Made by a program: the position numbers and the translations under genes. From an uncultured Candidatus Poseidoniales archaeon (GTDB lineage: Archaea > Thermoplasmatota > Poseidoniia > Poseidoniales > Thalassarchaeaceae), in contig CAXGWC010000002.1 in assembly GCA_964013425.1 (NCBI GenBank), positions 22,818 to 86,817 on the forward strand: a stretch of 64,000 nt of DNA, read 5' to 3'. This document shows, in pieces, positions 46,261-55,788 of this stretch. The notes under the pieces are model-generated. The model was not told the DNA's origin. It worked only from the letters and a program-made list of their open reading frames with translations, and made no database searches. Every line of letters starts with the position of its first letter. Within the stretch, counting starts at the first letter, position 1.

Positions 46261-46272
46261 AACTCGTGATTG

Positions 46273-46551
46273 TCAAGCGAAATGCTCGGCAAAATCCCCC
46301 TTGCTCATAGCACTAAGGGCGTCCTTAGGAGACATCCCTTCAATATTTACCCGCATTGAAACACAGGTTCCCATAACCTCTCTGCATCTTGCGTAAAGCG
46401 TTGCACCGGTCAACCTGTCCTTCTGGTCTTCAGCCAGCTTCTTCACCTGTTCCATGGTGAGGTTCTCAGTGGCCTCTTCCCACGATCCATTGCACTTTTT
46501 CTTACCAAGTGATTGGATGATCATGTGAGGAGTCTCATTACGTGCTGACAT
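46273..46551 (-). CDS. rpl11: uL11, C-terminal domain only (92 aa)
   Basis: NLTMEQVKKLA...CREVMGTCVSMRVNIEGMSPK matches the archaeal uL11 CTD. It occupies the canonical position between spt5 and rpl1; no NTD is present. Confidence 0.85.
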   Translation of the reverse strand: MSARNETPHMIIQSLGKKKCNGSWEEATENLTMEQVKKLAEDQKDRLTGATLYARCREVMGTCVSMRVNIEGMSPKDALSAMSKGDFAEHFA

Positions 46552-46569
46552 ACTAAATCCCCCTATTGA

Positions 46570-46600
46570 GTGCCCCGCCGACCTGCTTTCCCTATTTGAG
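46570..46600 (-). promoter_or_regulatory. Promoter: TATA-like box + N9 + GGTCGGC element (rpl11 operon)
   Basis: CTCAAATA-GGGAAAGCA-GGTCGGCGGGGCAC. Confidence 0.5.
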
Positions 46601-46630
46601 AGTGATGCAAACCGATGATTCCTCCAAACC

Positions 46631-47530
46631 TCACTCCATTCTCTGTGTTACTCTTACTTGATCGGCCCTGATGTTGAGTGCCACAGGTACAGCTGCTTCG
46701 AATAATTCTACGGTGACCTCTTCCTTTGACTCACTTACTCCAATCACACGAGCCGCGGCGCCCTTGAACGCGCCTCCACGGATTTCAACTATGTTTCCTT
46801 CCTCTATTCCCGATGTTGCCGCCTTTGGCTCTAGATATGGTAGTATGTCCATCAGAGGGGACTCTCCATCCAGAACCTTTCGACAATTCTTCATTGGGGT
46901 AGCCGATACTCCAACCCTTCCTATTAGCTTCTCAACATGATGGATTGCTGTAGCCTCAACAAAAATGAACCCCTTCAGGTAGCTAGGGCTCAGCACTCCG
47001 AAGATCTTGTCTTGTATGTCTTGAAGGGAGCCGGTTCCAGAAAGTCTAGCTCTGATCTCTCTCGCGACATTCTGTTCTTGTCCCATACTAGTTTTGAGGA
47101 TGTAGAGGAAAGATGCGACGTCACCGTACATGTTCCCCAGTTGGGGTACCATGTACCTCGATGATCTGCTTTCGGATGAGTCATCGGGCTCTACCCAGTT
47201 GATGTAACCTGGATCGACCCAGCTGTGATTCTTGTATAGTCCTCTGGAATTAACCTCTTCCGTGTCGCTGAGGAATAGAAGAGGGGTGACATCGTTCAGA
47301 CGGTTTCCGAATTCTAGTCCCCTGGCGTCCCCGGCTCTAATGAACGTCAGACTCTCCGGGGCAATTCCAGTGGTTTCCTCGATTCTGGCGGCAACAACGT
47401 CAAGGTCGTTGGAGTCCCCAACGCCGTAGACACCATCCCATGCTCCAGCGAAGTCTGAGACTTCGTCGGCACGTTGCATCAGTAGAACTTTCTCTGCGTG
47501 GCGGATATAGGCAACAAAAGCATCTGACAA
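46631..47530 (-). CDS. spt5: Transcription elongation factor Spt5 (NGN+KOW) with N-terminal Nudix-like domain
   Basis: C-terminal half has LYILKTSMGQEQNVA, LKGFIFVEA and KOW IEEGNIVEIRGGAFKGAAARV...EEVTVELFEAAVPV. N-terminal half has KVLLMQRA...GAWDGVYG...RIEETTGI...HSWVDP. Confidence 0.9.
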   Translation of the reverse strand: MSDAFVAYIRHAEKVLLMQRADEVSDFAGAWDGVYGVGDSNDLDVVAARIEETTGIAPESLTFIRAGDARGLEFGNRLNDVTPLLFLSDTEEVNSRGLYKNHSWVDPGYINWVEPDDSSESRSSRYMVPQLGNMYGDVASFLYILKTSMGQEQNVAREIRARLSGTGSLQDIQDKIFGVLSPSYLKGFIFVEATAIHHVEKLIGRVGVSATPMKNCRKVLDGESPLMDILPYLEPKAATSGIEEGNIVEIRGGAFKGAAARVIGVSESKEEVTVELFEAAVPVALNIRADQVRVTQRME

Positions 47531-47543
47531 ATCTCATCCCTCC

Positions 47544-47807
47544 TTAGTTAGTTAACCAGCTGAAGAAGTCGGGCAACAAAGTGTCCATACCCCAAAGCAT
47601 CACGAATCCTATTAGTCCGAGTACAAGCATTCCAATTCCACAAACTATCACTGTCTGCCTGAACTCTTGCTTCGAAGGCTTTCTGGCCATCTTCAAGATT
47701 CTGGCATATGATCCAGTTTGAAGGCCCTTGATTCTGCCTTCTATGCCATCCTGCCATCCCTGCACAGTGTCTTCTACCACACCAACATTGGAACTTTCAA
47801 CACCCAT
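47544..47807 (-). CDS. secE: Protein translocase SecE/Sec61-gamma
   Basis: YARILKMARKPSKQEF followed by a TM helix GLIGF; canonical position between ftsZ and spt5. Confidence 0.92.
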   Translation of the reverse strand: MGVESSNVGVVEDTVQGWQDGIEGRIKGLQTGSYARILKMARKPSKQEFRQTVIVCGIGMLVLGLIGFVMLWGMDTLLPDFFSWLTN

Positions 47808-47821
47808 AGTTCAACCTCAAA

Positions 47822-47852
47822 GCGGTCTGCCGACCGACGAGCCTCATTTAAG
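47822..47852 (-). promoter_or_regulatory. Promoter: TATA box + N9 + GGTCGGC element (secE-spt5)
   Basis: CTTAAATG-AGGCTCGTC-GGTCGGCAGACCGC, followed by SD GAGGT. Confidence 0.5.
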
Positions 47853-47887
47853 CACAGCGGATGAGCTTGTCCGAGTACTCGGAGGGA

Positions 47888-49006
47888 CTATCCAATGAAC
47901 TCTACGGTCCTGCTCCTCAGATTCCTCATTTGAGTGTGCAATGCCGCACCATGAATCTGCTCGCTCTTGACTCCTGTGAGAACTAACAGTACTCTAATTC
48001 CATCTCCCATATTCGGGTCCGTTGTAGCTCCCCAAATTATCCTCGCATATGGATTGATTTTATCTCTAATTATTTTCGCACAGGACTCGGCATCCCCTAG
48101 TGAGAGACTTGGTCCTCCCACGACGTTTACCAAAGCACCTCTTGCATCTGAAACATCAATATCCAGCAGCGGAGATTGCAAAGCCTCCTCAGTAGCTGCC
48201 GCTGCCATTCCCTCTCCTCGGGCCTCTCCAAGACCAATCATTGCAACTCCCCCGCCGTTCTCCATAACAGATCGGAGGTCCTGAAAGTCAAGATTGACAA
48301 CCCCTTCCTTCGCAATCATCTCAGAAACTCCCTTGATACTACGCATGAGTAGCTCATCCGCTACTCTGAATGCTGCATCGAGTGGTAACTCTCTAACGCC
48401 CTCAACCTCTAGTAATCTCTCATTCGGAAGAACCACAACGGTGTCACAAACCTCTCTGAGCCTCTCAAGTCCCCACTCGGCATTCTGCCTCCTCAGTGCC
48501 CCTTCGGAAAGGAACGGATAGCTAACCACTGCAATCGTCAAGGCCCCAGCGGCCCGGGCCAGTCTGGCTACTACGTGAGCACTGCCAGTCCCAGTGCCAC
48601 CTCCGAGTCCGGCTGTGATGAAAGCCAGATCACATGCTTCAATCTCTGCTTTCAACGATCTCTCGGACTCGTAGGCGGCCTGCTCTCCTTTTTCGGGATC
48701 TCCTCCAGCGCCCCTGCCTCGCGCTGATCTCCCAATCAGTATCTTGTTTTGAACGGCTACTCGCAACAAGTGCTGCGCATCAGTGTTAACTGCTATGCCT
48801 CTGACGTAGTCGTCGTCGAACAAATCCTCATGCTCTAGTCTTGCTACAGTGTTGGAACCACACCCTCCACAACCGAACACTCTGATCTTTGGTTGTAAAG
48901 ACATCAAAAGGCTCTGTAGCTCCGGATCGCTCTCTGTGTCTATTCGTCCAGTGGGCAATTCGGACTCTTCATCAAGCTCCAGAACTCTGTTGATGAGATG
49001 CTTCAC
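47888..49006 (-). CDS. ftsZ: Cell division protein FtsZ (FtsZ1 context)
   Basis: GCGGCGSN, AVNTDAQHL, GAGGDP, AGLGGGTGTG, NLDFQDL, IIWGA. Probable GTG start at 49006. Confidence 0.96.
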   Translation of the reverse strand: MKHLINRVLELDEESELPTGRIDTESDPELQSLLMSLQPKIRVFGCGGCGSNTVARLEHEDLFDDDYVRGIAVNTDAQHLLRVAVQNKILIGRSARGRGAGGDPEKGEQAAYESERSLKAEIEACDLAFITAGLGGGTGTGSAHVVARLARAAGALTIAVVSYPFLSEGALRRQNAEWGLERLREVCDTVVVLPNERLLEVEGVRELPLDAAFRVADELLMRSIKGVSEMIAKEGVVNLDFQDLRSVMENGGGVAMIGLGEARGEGMAAAATEEALQSPLLDIDVSDARGALVNVVGGPSLSLGDAESCAKIIRDKINPYARIIWGATTDPNMGDGIRVLLVLTGVKSEQIHGAALHTQMRNLRSRTVEFIG

Positions 49007-49093
49007 GGAGCCGAGGCGAGTATTACAGAGGATAACCATTACCCCAAATGATACACGGTATGTCGCTATTTACTCAGGCGTAAACATTTGCCG

Positions 49094-49768
49094 TCAGAGC
49101 AACTGACTGCGTGTCTTGATGAACCTAATCAAGAAAGTGTAAACTCCGCCCCATGCAGATATGGCAAGAGCGAATGTCATACCGTTAAGCTCGTTATTTC
49201 CTAGATTGAACACTTCCATTACCCAGTGCAATGAATCTAGAGATATTCCAGCCGTTCCTGTATAGGCCTGCCAAGAGGCCATAAGTAGGGCCAGAATTGT
49301 TAGAACCATCCTATCGGCCCGAGAGAATCCTCCATAGATCCTGCCGAGTCCTACTGACTGTGCCTGTGTGCCCATGTAAGACCCAAATAGTGTCAGCAAC
49401 CCCGCTATTAGACCACTGCTATAATCATCAACAAAATTTGAATTCATCCCTATGGCCACGAGTAATCCCACATCCACCACTCTGTCAATGGTATGGTCTA
49501 GGAAGTCACCATATGCGCCGTCTGTTCCTTGATGTCTCGCCAAGGCCCCATCCAGAGCGTCCAGAATACCCGCAACTAGGATAAGTAAAACCCCTCCGAT
49601 AATCCATATGGCCCCACTCGAGTCATTCCCGGCTTGCGAAAGGAGATAGAAAGATGCGATTGCTATTCCCAGACTCGTCCATGTTAACACGCTAGGATCC
49701 AAACTACCCATTCTCACGACAAGTGGCTGTATCGCCTTGGTCCATCTTTCCCTCATCTTTTCGAACAT
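49094..49768 (-). CDS. CDP-alcohol phosphatidyltransferase
   Basis: Signature DALDGALAR...GDFLDHTIDRVVD. Confidence 0.92.
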   Translation of the reverse strand: MFEKMRERWTKAIQPLVVRMGSLDPSVLTWTSLGIAIASFYLLSQAGNDSSGAIWIIGGVLLILVAGILDALDGALARHQGTDGAYGDFLDHTIDRVVDVGLLVAIGMNSNFVDDYSSGLIAGLLTLFGSYMGTQAQSVGLGRIYGGFSRADRMVLTILALLMASWQAYTGTAGISLDSLHWVMEVFNLGNNELNGMTFALAISAWGGVYTFLIRFIKTRSQLL

Positions 49769-50310
49769 TAGGCGACCTCCTCTTCTATCCAGTCTATTCC
49801 CGTGTTGGGGGTCTTAGGCTTGAAGCCATCTGATATCCACGCCCGAATCAGTTTAACAATTGACCGAGCCGGGATCTTCGAGGTATCAAACTCAGTCCAT
49901 GGAATCGCAGAGTGATAATCATTCCATGGTCCCCCGATTAATTCCCACTCCACATTTGAATCGGACTTAGTATCATCATATCCACGCTCATTCATGCGAC
50001 TACGAAGTATGTCGGGCCTACAACGAAGTACTACGACACCGTCTACTGGTAGCAAGTGTGAGAGATGACCATCAATAAAAGTCAATTTTTGAGGAGGCTC
50101 AATCCACAACTTTTCGAGTATATCTGAGAGTATATTGATATCGATTGGACGAGCCCCATCGTTGAGATCAACATCCTCAATACATTCGTGTTCTACAGCA
50201 AGCTCCTCAACCGTGACTATCTCAAATTCACCCCTACCGAGGAGTGCGCATACACTACTCTTGCCCGTTGCAGGAGTTCCAGTCAGTGCCAGTCTCCGCA
50301 CACCTTGCAT
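49768..50310 (-). CDS. AK6/Fap7-like adenylate kinase
   Basis: TGTPATGKS, IDGHLSHLL, VVLRCRPDILRSR..RGY...K..N.EWE. Confidence 0.88.
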   Translation of the reverse strand: MQGVRRLALTGTPATGKSSVCALLGRGEFEIVTVEELAVEHECIEDVDLNDGARPIDINILSDILEKLWIEPPQKLTFIDGHLSHLLPVDGVVVLRCRPDILRSRMNERGYDDTKSDSNVEWELIGGPWNDYHSAIPWTEFDTSKIPARSIVKLIRAWISDGFKPKTPNTGIDWIEEEVA

Positions 50311-50434
50311 GCACCTCGACTATAGCGAGAAGCAATGAACACTCCTGCTAAGGCGCAAATCAAACTGGATCGAGGGTGCTATGCTACTAGGCACTTACCT
50401 CGTCTTGGGAGCAGCCTTTTTGTTCCATCCATGA

Positions 50435-51907
50435 TCAGAAAGGAATTTCCAGCATCCCCACTGAGTCATACAGACTGGGTCCACTCCCTAGGTAGTACAC
50501 AGACCCGAGCCTACTTCTTGAGTCCTCGGCGGTTGAATTGAAATCAGACGCACAGGAGTCTACGCACCCATCCGCGAATGCCACGTAGACTCTGCCTTCC
50601 CTGTCTATGTGCAGGTCATTGAAGTCCAATAGATTTCTATTCGAACCGCCAATGTCACGGCAATCTCCGCTGTTGAGGCAGATGCTGCCAATTTGAACTG
50701 GGTCAGGAGAAACCCTAACTGTGTGGAAAACAGGAGATGAGTCTAGAGCATTTAGGCTGAATGTAATGTAAAGGTAGTAACTGACATTAGTAGTGGCGTA
50801 GTGGGCATTTCCAGTCCAATTCTCACCGTCAATATCTGGCTTTCCGAGCTCACTCGAGTTCTCACTTCCAAGATAGGTTATGGCTATCTTACCCGGATCT
50901 CCTGCGTCTACTTGGGGGAATGTAGTGGATATTACTTCCTTCGGACTTATCCGGATACTGGTCTGCTCCCATGTCTCTCCGGAGTCAATACTCCTTGACA
51001 TGTAGACTCCCTCATCACCACCGGTCCAGATATGGTATGCGTTAGATTGTGTATCTGTGGCAACCTCCGAGTTCTTCCTTGGGTATGGAGTTCCTACGTC
51101 CTCTCCCATCGAGTGCTCGTCCCAACTGAAGCCATTGTCCTTGGAAACTATTACAGTGGGAGTTTCAACTCTGGGGGTGACATAGACGGTCCCATCAGGC
51201 GCACTCGTTATCGCGCCATGCAGTCCGCCGTTAGAGGTGGCCAATCCGAAAATCTGTCCACCTGCTTCGAATGTCGCTCCTCCATCGAAGCTTGTGAAGC
51301 AGAAAATACCGATCCCTTTATTGTAGCAATAGTAGACAGCTTGATCGTAAAATGATTGGGAGAGAGAACCCCCTATTCCGTACCCACTACTGGTCCAAGG
51401 CCCGGTCGCGAGCTTGATGTGATCATTCAATGGCGTAGTGCCAGAATCATGTGGATTACCGAGCCAGCTTTCGCCATCGTCGTCACTCCAGCATATCCAG
51501 GATGTTTCGAGTCCCTGCATCTGGACATTGAAAATACGATCAGTGACAGGATCAACCCAACCGTATGGATCACTTGTAGTGAACGAACACTCCGGGCCAG
51601 TCACTTCCTCCCATGACTGTCCGAAATCGCATGATCGCATCACTTTTTCAAATGCTATGAAGAAAATGCAACCACTGGATGTAATCCCGATGCTCGGCTC
51701 GGCACCCTCCTCGCCTACATCGCTGAAAACGAACTCTAACGGGAGGGGGGGAATATCCAGAGACTCGCCGTCGGGCCCAGTAACGAAGATACCAGTATCG
51801 GTATTCAAGCTCTCTTCAGCCCCGTCTACGTCACTGTTGGTGTGTATACAACCAAGCCCTGAAAATGATAGCATCATGACGACGATAAGCGTTGACCCCG
51901 TCTTCAT
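50435..51907 (-). CDS. BNR/Asp-box beta-propeller lipoprotein (sialidase-like fold)
   Basis: Lipobox GLGC; five Asp-boxes (SCDFGQSW, SDDDGESW, SFDGGATF, SKDNGFSW, SIDSGETW). Confidence 0.8.
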   Translation of the reverse strand: MKTGSTLIVVMMLSFSGLGCIHTNSDVDGAEESLNTDTGIFVTGPDGESLDIPPLPLEFVFSDVGEEGAEPSIGITSSGCIFFIAFEKVMRSCDFGQSWEEVTGPECSFTTSDPYGWVDPVTDRIFNVQMQGLETSWICWSDDDGESWLGNPHDSGTTPLNDHIKLATGPWTSSGYGIGGSLSQSFYDQAVYYCYNKGIGIFCFTSFDGGATFEAGGQIFGLATSNGGLHGAITSAPDGTVYVTPRVETPTVIVSKDNGFSWDEHSMGEDVGTPYPRKNSEVATDTQSNAYHIWTGGDEGVYMSRSIDSGETWEQTSIRISPKEVISTTFPQVDAGDPGKIAITYLGSENSSELGKPDIDGENWTGNAHYATTNVSYYLYITFSLNALDSSPVFHTVRVSPDPVQIGSICLNSGDCRDIGGSNRNLLDFNDLHIDREGRVYVAFADGCVDSCASDFNSTAEDSRSRLGSVYYLGSGPSLYDSVGMLEIPF

Positions 51908-51957
51908 GTTCAACGCGGCTGGGAGGTCGCACAATTATGTTGCCCCGAGGAAACCTC

Positions 51958-52986
51958 TCACTCTACTACTACAATCCAACCGAATTCATCGGGTGCGCGC
52001 CTCTGCTGGATAGCAGTCAGCTCCTCGTATAACTGCCTAGTCACGGGGCCAACCTCGCCCCCATTGTACTCTGATACCTTGTCTCCGTACTCGATCTTTC
52101 CAATCGAAGAAACTACCGCGGCTGTACCTACACAGAAGCACTCATCCGCCTCCATTGCGTACTCAACGTCAACTTTTTCTTCCCTCACCTCGTAACCTCT
52201 CGAGGAAGCTAGCTCAATAATCGAGGACCTTGTTACCCCTGGCAGTATCGTCCCAGTAAGCTCTGGGGTTGATACCACACCATCCTTCACACAGAAAAAG
52301 TTCGCAGCACCGACTTCCTCTATGTATCTGTGATTGACTGCATCCAGATATATGATCTCAGAGTAACCCTCCTTCTTCGCCATCTTGGATGGAATCATCC
52401 CAGGAGCGTAATTTCCTATCGCCTTTACTCCTCCAGAGCCACCAGGAGCGGCCCTGTGGAATTTATCGGATACCCTCAGTGAAGTCGGGGTTATACCTCC
52501 TTTGAAGTAGGGCCCTACGGGTGATGTGAAAACTAGGAAGGTGTACTCAGGTGCAGGCGCAACCCCCAGAATAGGGCCACTACCCATCAAAAGCGGTCTG
52601 ATGTACAAGGCCCCCTTGCCCATCGGGGGAACCCATCTGGAGTTCTCTCTGACAGCACTAATGACTGCGTCTAGGAACATTTCTTCTGGTACAGGAGGCA
52701 TTCCAAGCCTCCTTGCACCTTCCTGAGCGCGCCTAGCGTTCTGCTGAGGCCTGAACAGAACTATGCTGCCATCAGAAGCCCGTTGCGCTTTGAGGCCTTC
52801 AAAGAGCCCTTGCCCATAGTTCAGAACACCAGCAGCAGGGGAGATCACCAAATCCTCGTAGTCCTTCATGGCACCTTTCTCCCACTCGCCCCCAATCTCG
52901 CATTTCGCCATATACATCCTGTCTGTCTGAGTGAAGCTGAAGGTCAGAGAATCCCAGTCGATTTCCGGTTCAGTATCACTTGGCAT
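51958..52986 (-). CDS. ilvE: Branched-chain amino acid aminotransferase (bacterial type)
   Basis: LNYGQGLFEGLKA, LYIRP, PVGPYF, PLP lysine in GVKAIGNY, EEVGAANFF, ILPGVTR, GTAAVV. Confidence 0.95.
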   Translation of the reverse strand: MPSDTEPEIDWDSLTFSFTQTDRMYMAKCEIGGEWEKGAMKDYEDLVISPAAGVLNYGQGLFEGLKAQRASDGSIVLFRPQQNARRAQEGARRLGMPPVPEEMFLDAVISAVRENSRWVPPMGKGALYIRPLLMGSGPILGVAPAPEYTFLVFTSPVGPYFKGGITPTSLRVSDKFHRAAPGGSGGVKAIGNYAPGMIPSKMAKKEGYSEIIYLDAVNHRYIEEVGAANFFCVKDGVVSTPELTGTILPGVTRSSIIELASSRGYEVREEKVDVEYAMEADECFCVGTAAVVSSIGKIEYGDKVSEYNGGEVGPVTRQLYEELTAIQQRRAPDEFGWIVVVE

Positions 52987-53121
52987 TGGCAGTCCCCTGT
53001 GCACACGGAAGCAAGTCGGCTTTCAACGATTACGCAAAGATTCCCTCCCGGTACTCTTATGGCCTTCTTCTGAGACATAGTTTGAAGGCGGTGTGTTGCC
53101 CGCTAACATTGAGGCGAGCTG

Positions 53122-55743
53122 ATGGAGTGGCAGGGCAGAATGTGCATTGTCTCCGGCTCGTACCAGTCTATCGACTCCACTGTTCCAAAAACAGTGGTAG
53201 AGTTGTGGTGCAGGGCGGAGGACGGGCACTCGGTTGTACTACTGGTTCATGGCCTCCGGCCTTACTTTGACATCGCTATACCGGGAGCCCCCAGACCGGA
53301 ACAAGACCCTGACCTGGAGTCAGTATCTGGAATGGGCGAGGTTGTCGAAGTCTCGGACCCGGTCATGAAATGGACAAGACACGGAATGAAGAGGCATTGG
53401 AGGGTCTATGCCAACCAACCCTACTCAGTAAGGAATCTCCGTAAGAAACTGGATAATTGGGAGATTACAAGCGCGGACATACCGTTTCAGAACCGTCTGA
53501 TGCTGGATCTTGATCTTGGGCCTCATATCAATGCAAGGGGAGAGGTTCTCTGGGCGGGTGAAAGAGCACCCGATGCCGTAAAAAACAGTTCCAATACTGA
53601 CCCATCCTTAGCTGAGGAAATTGTATTGAAAGACGGTGGGTCCGGAATATACCCGGTTGACATGATAGTTTCCTGCAATCTCGAAGGATTATCCAGAACC
53701 GAGCCCTTCCCCGCCCCCTTCGTTACTTTCTCTTTTGATCTTGAGACAAGTATTGCCACAAATCGAATACTCTGCGCAGCAGCGGTAATAGATCGTGCTG
53801 GGAAGCGTTCGGAGCACCAGTTCAGAGGCGAAGAGAGGGAAATTATGGAGGGGCTAACCGCCCTCGTTAGAGAGCAAGATCCAGACTTCATCACCGGGTA
53901 CAACATCGATAATTTCGACCTCCCTAGAATGCAGGAGAGGGCCGAGGTAATCTCCCCAAGGCCGAAGTACAGTAGATCACCTCTGTTCGGTTGGGGCAGA
54001 GTTCCCATGAAAGAAGGGGAGGGGAAACGGATTTTCCCAACTAGGCAGCAAAACAGGGTCTGGAGAATCCCTGGAAGAATCCCCATGGACGCATGGTGGC
54101 AGGCTCGACAGACACTGAGGCCACAAAGGGAGTCATTGAGGTACGTATCGCAGCTTCTATGGCCCGAGGACGAGGACATGAGGAAGCTCGACGTGGATGC
54201 AAGTAAGATGGACGAGGAGTGGGCTGCTAGACCCGATGTGGTGATGGAGTATTGTGTTAGAGATACTCATCTCCCCCTAGATATTCTGGGGCATCTTAAA
54301 GCCACAGCAAGGAAGGAAGCCCTTGCTTCAGTATCACTAACTGCAGTCGAGACAGCCGCTAATGGCACCACCAGCCAATGGATTGACTCATTGGTTATGA
54401 GACTGGCAGACAAGGAGTCGATAGCCGTACCAATGACAAATGCTGGACCCAGGAAGAGAGATCAGATTGCAGGAGGCTACGTGCATGAGGTCGAGCCAGG
54501 AATGGAGCCATGGGTAGTCGTTCTAGACTTCAAGTCGATGTATCCCTCGATCATGATTTCCAACAACATTTGCTCTACTACCCTTGTAACTGATGGAAAT
54601 ACGGGCGAATCACACAGTGTTTCCCCAACAACTGGAACCAGATACAAGTCAAAGGAGGAAATGAACGGGCTAGTCCCTAGGCTTTTAGAGGACTTAATGA
54701 GAAAGAGGGACCTATACAAGAGGGGCATGGAGGAGGCACAGGAGAGAAATGATCCAGTCGAGGCCTTCCTACTGGACCAACTGCAGTACGCGGTAAAGAT
54801 ACTGATGAACTCATTCTATGGGGTATTTGCGTCTAGTTTCTACAGGTTCACGCACCCAGACTTAGGGGCTAGCATAACAGAATGGGCTAGGCACAATATC
54901 AAAGCGATAATATCACAAGTCGAGGAAGGTGGCAACGACGTCATTTACTCGGATACAGACTCTATTTTCGTGAAGTCACCAGTGGACTCAGGAGCTCCGA
55001 CGAACCGATCCGAAGACCCGATAGTCTCGAAGAAATGGAAAAAGGCCAAGGAGGAGACCTTGGAGTTCGGGGAGGAGCTGGCGAGTAGATTCACAAGAGA
55101 GGGCGCTGAGTTAGAATTCGAGACAGCGCTTTCCGCATTCTTCAGCCATGGTGCCAAAAAGAGGTATGTCGGAAGAGTAGTGTGGCCCAGGGAAGAGATG
55201 CTCATTAGAGGCTATGAGGTGAGGAGGACCGACTCTTTTGATTTACTCTCTGAGACAATGACAGAGATGTTCGAGATGCTTCTCGATGGGAACACAGAAG
55301 GAGCTGTAGATATGACGAAGCTAGCGATCGACGAGGTTCGTGGGGGGGATGTCGACCCATCTAGATTAGTAATCAGCCGATCATGCAAGGGTAAGTGGAA
55401 CTCAAAGAAGAACGAATGGGATTTCGACAGTGTCTACGCTAATCCTGATGGCTTGCCATATGTCAGAGCCGCCAAGCAAAGAATTGCAGCAGGACTTCAA
55501 TTCACACCGGGAATGAAGGTAGGGTATGTAATTACTAGGCCAGAAGGTGGCGACAAGAAGCTCGGAGTCAAGGCATGGCTTGTCGACGAAATCGGTGGTG
55601 AACCACCTGAATACGATACAGATTACTACGCTAAGCGCCTGGCCAAATCCCTCGGGCGGGTTACAGAGGCATTCGGACAGGGGGAGAAGGAACTATTGGA
55701 TGGAGCTAGGCCCAAGGGCCAGAAGAGCCTCCTAGACTTCTAG
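53122..55743 (+). CDS. polB: Family B DNA polymerase
   Basis: Exonuclease motifs FDLET, GYNIDNFD, YCVRD; polymerase motifs DFKSMYPS, KILMNSFYG, YSDTDS, KKRY; C-terminal PIP box QKSLLDF. Confidence 0.97.
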   Translation: MEWQGRMCIVSGSYQSIDSTVPKTVVELWCRAEDGHSVVLLVHGLRPYFDIAIPGAPRPEQDPDLESVSGMGEVVEVSDPVMKWTRHGMKRHWRVYANQPYSVRNLRKKLDNWEITSADIPFQNRLMLDLDLGPHINARGEVLWAGERAPDAVKNSSNTDPSLAEEIVLKDGGSGIYPVDMIVSCNLEGLSRTEPFPAPFVTFSFDLETSIATNRILCAAAVIDRAGKRSEHQFRGEEREIMEGLTALVREQDPDFITGYNIDNFDLPRMQERAEVISPRPKYSRSPLFGWGRVPMKEGEGKRIFPTRQQNRVWRIPGRIPMDAWWQARQTLRPQRESLRYVSQLLWPEDEDMRKLDVDASKMDEEWAARPDVVMEYCVRDTHLPLDILGHLKATARKEALASVSLTAVETAANGTTSQWIDSLVMRLADKESIAVPMTNAGPRKRDQIAGGYVHEVEPGMEPWVVVLDFKSMYPSIMISNNICSTTLVTDGNTGESHSVSPTTGTRYKSKEEMNGLVPRLLEDLMRKRDLYKRGMEEAQERNDPVEAFLLDQLQYAVKILMNSFYGVFASSFYRFTHPDLGASITEWARHNIKAIISQVEEGGNDVIYSDTDSIFVKSPVDSGAPTNRSEDPIVSKKWKKAKEETLEFGEELASRFTREGAELEFETALSAFFSHGAKKRYVGRVVWPREEMLIRGYEVRRTDSFDLLSETMTEMFEMLLDGNTEGAVDMTKLAIDEVRGGDVDPSRLVISRSCKGKWNSKKNEWDFDSVYANPDGLPYVRAAKQRIAAGLQFTPGMKVGYVITRPEGGDKKLGVKAWLVDEIGGEPPEYDTDYYAKRLAKSLGRVTEAFGQGEKELLDGARPKGQKSLLDF

Positions 55744-55788
55744 CATCTTATCGTAGGGTTGATTTCATACGACCCTCCAGCCGTATCC

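Noticed and set aside
46552..46630. Possible frameshifted uL11 N-terminal domain
   Set aside because: Too short (~80 bp), no NTD-like residues recognised, and the interval is occupied by promoter and SD signals.
51438..52013. 191-aa plus-strand ORF
   Set aside because: Antisense to the Asp-box lipoprotein; Ser/Pro-rich with no motifs.
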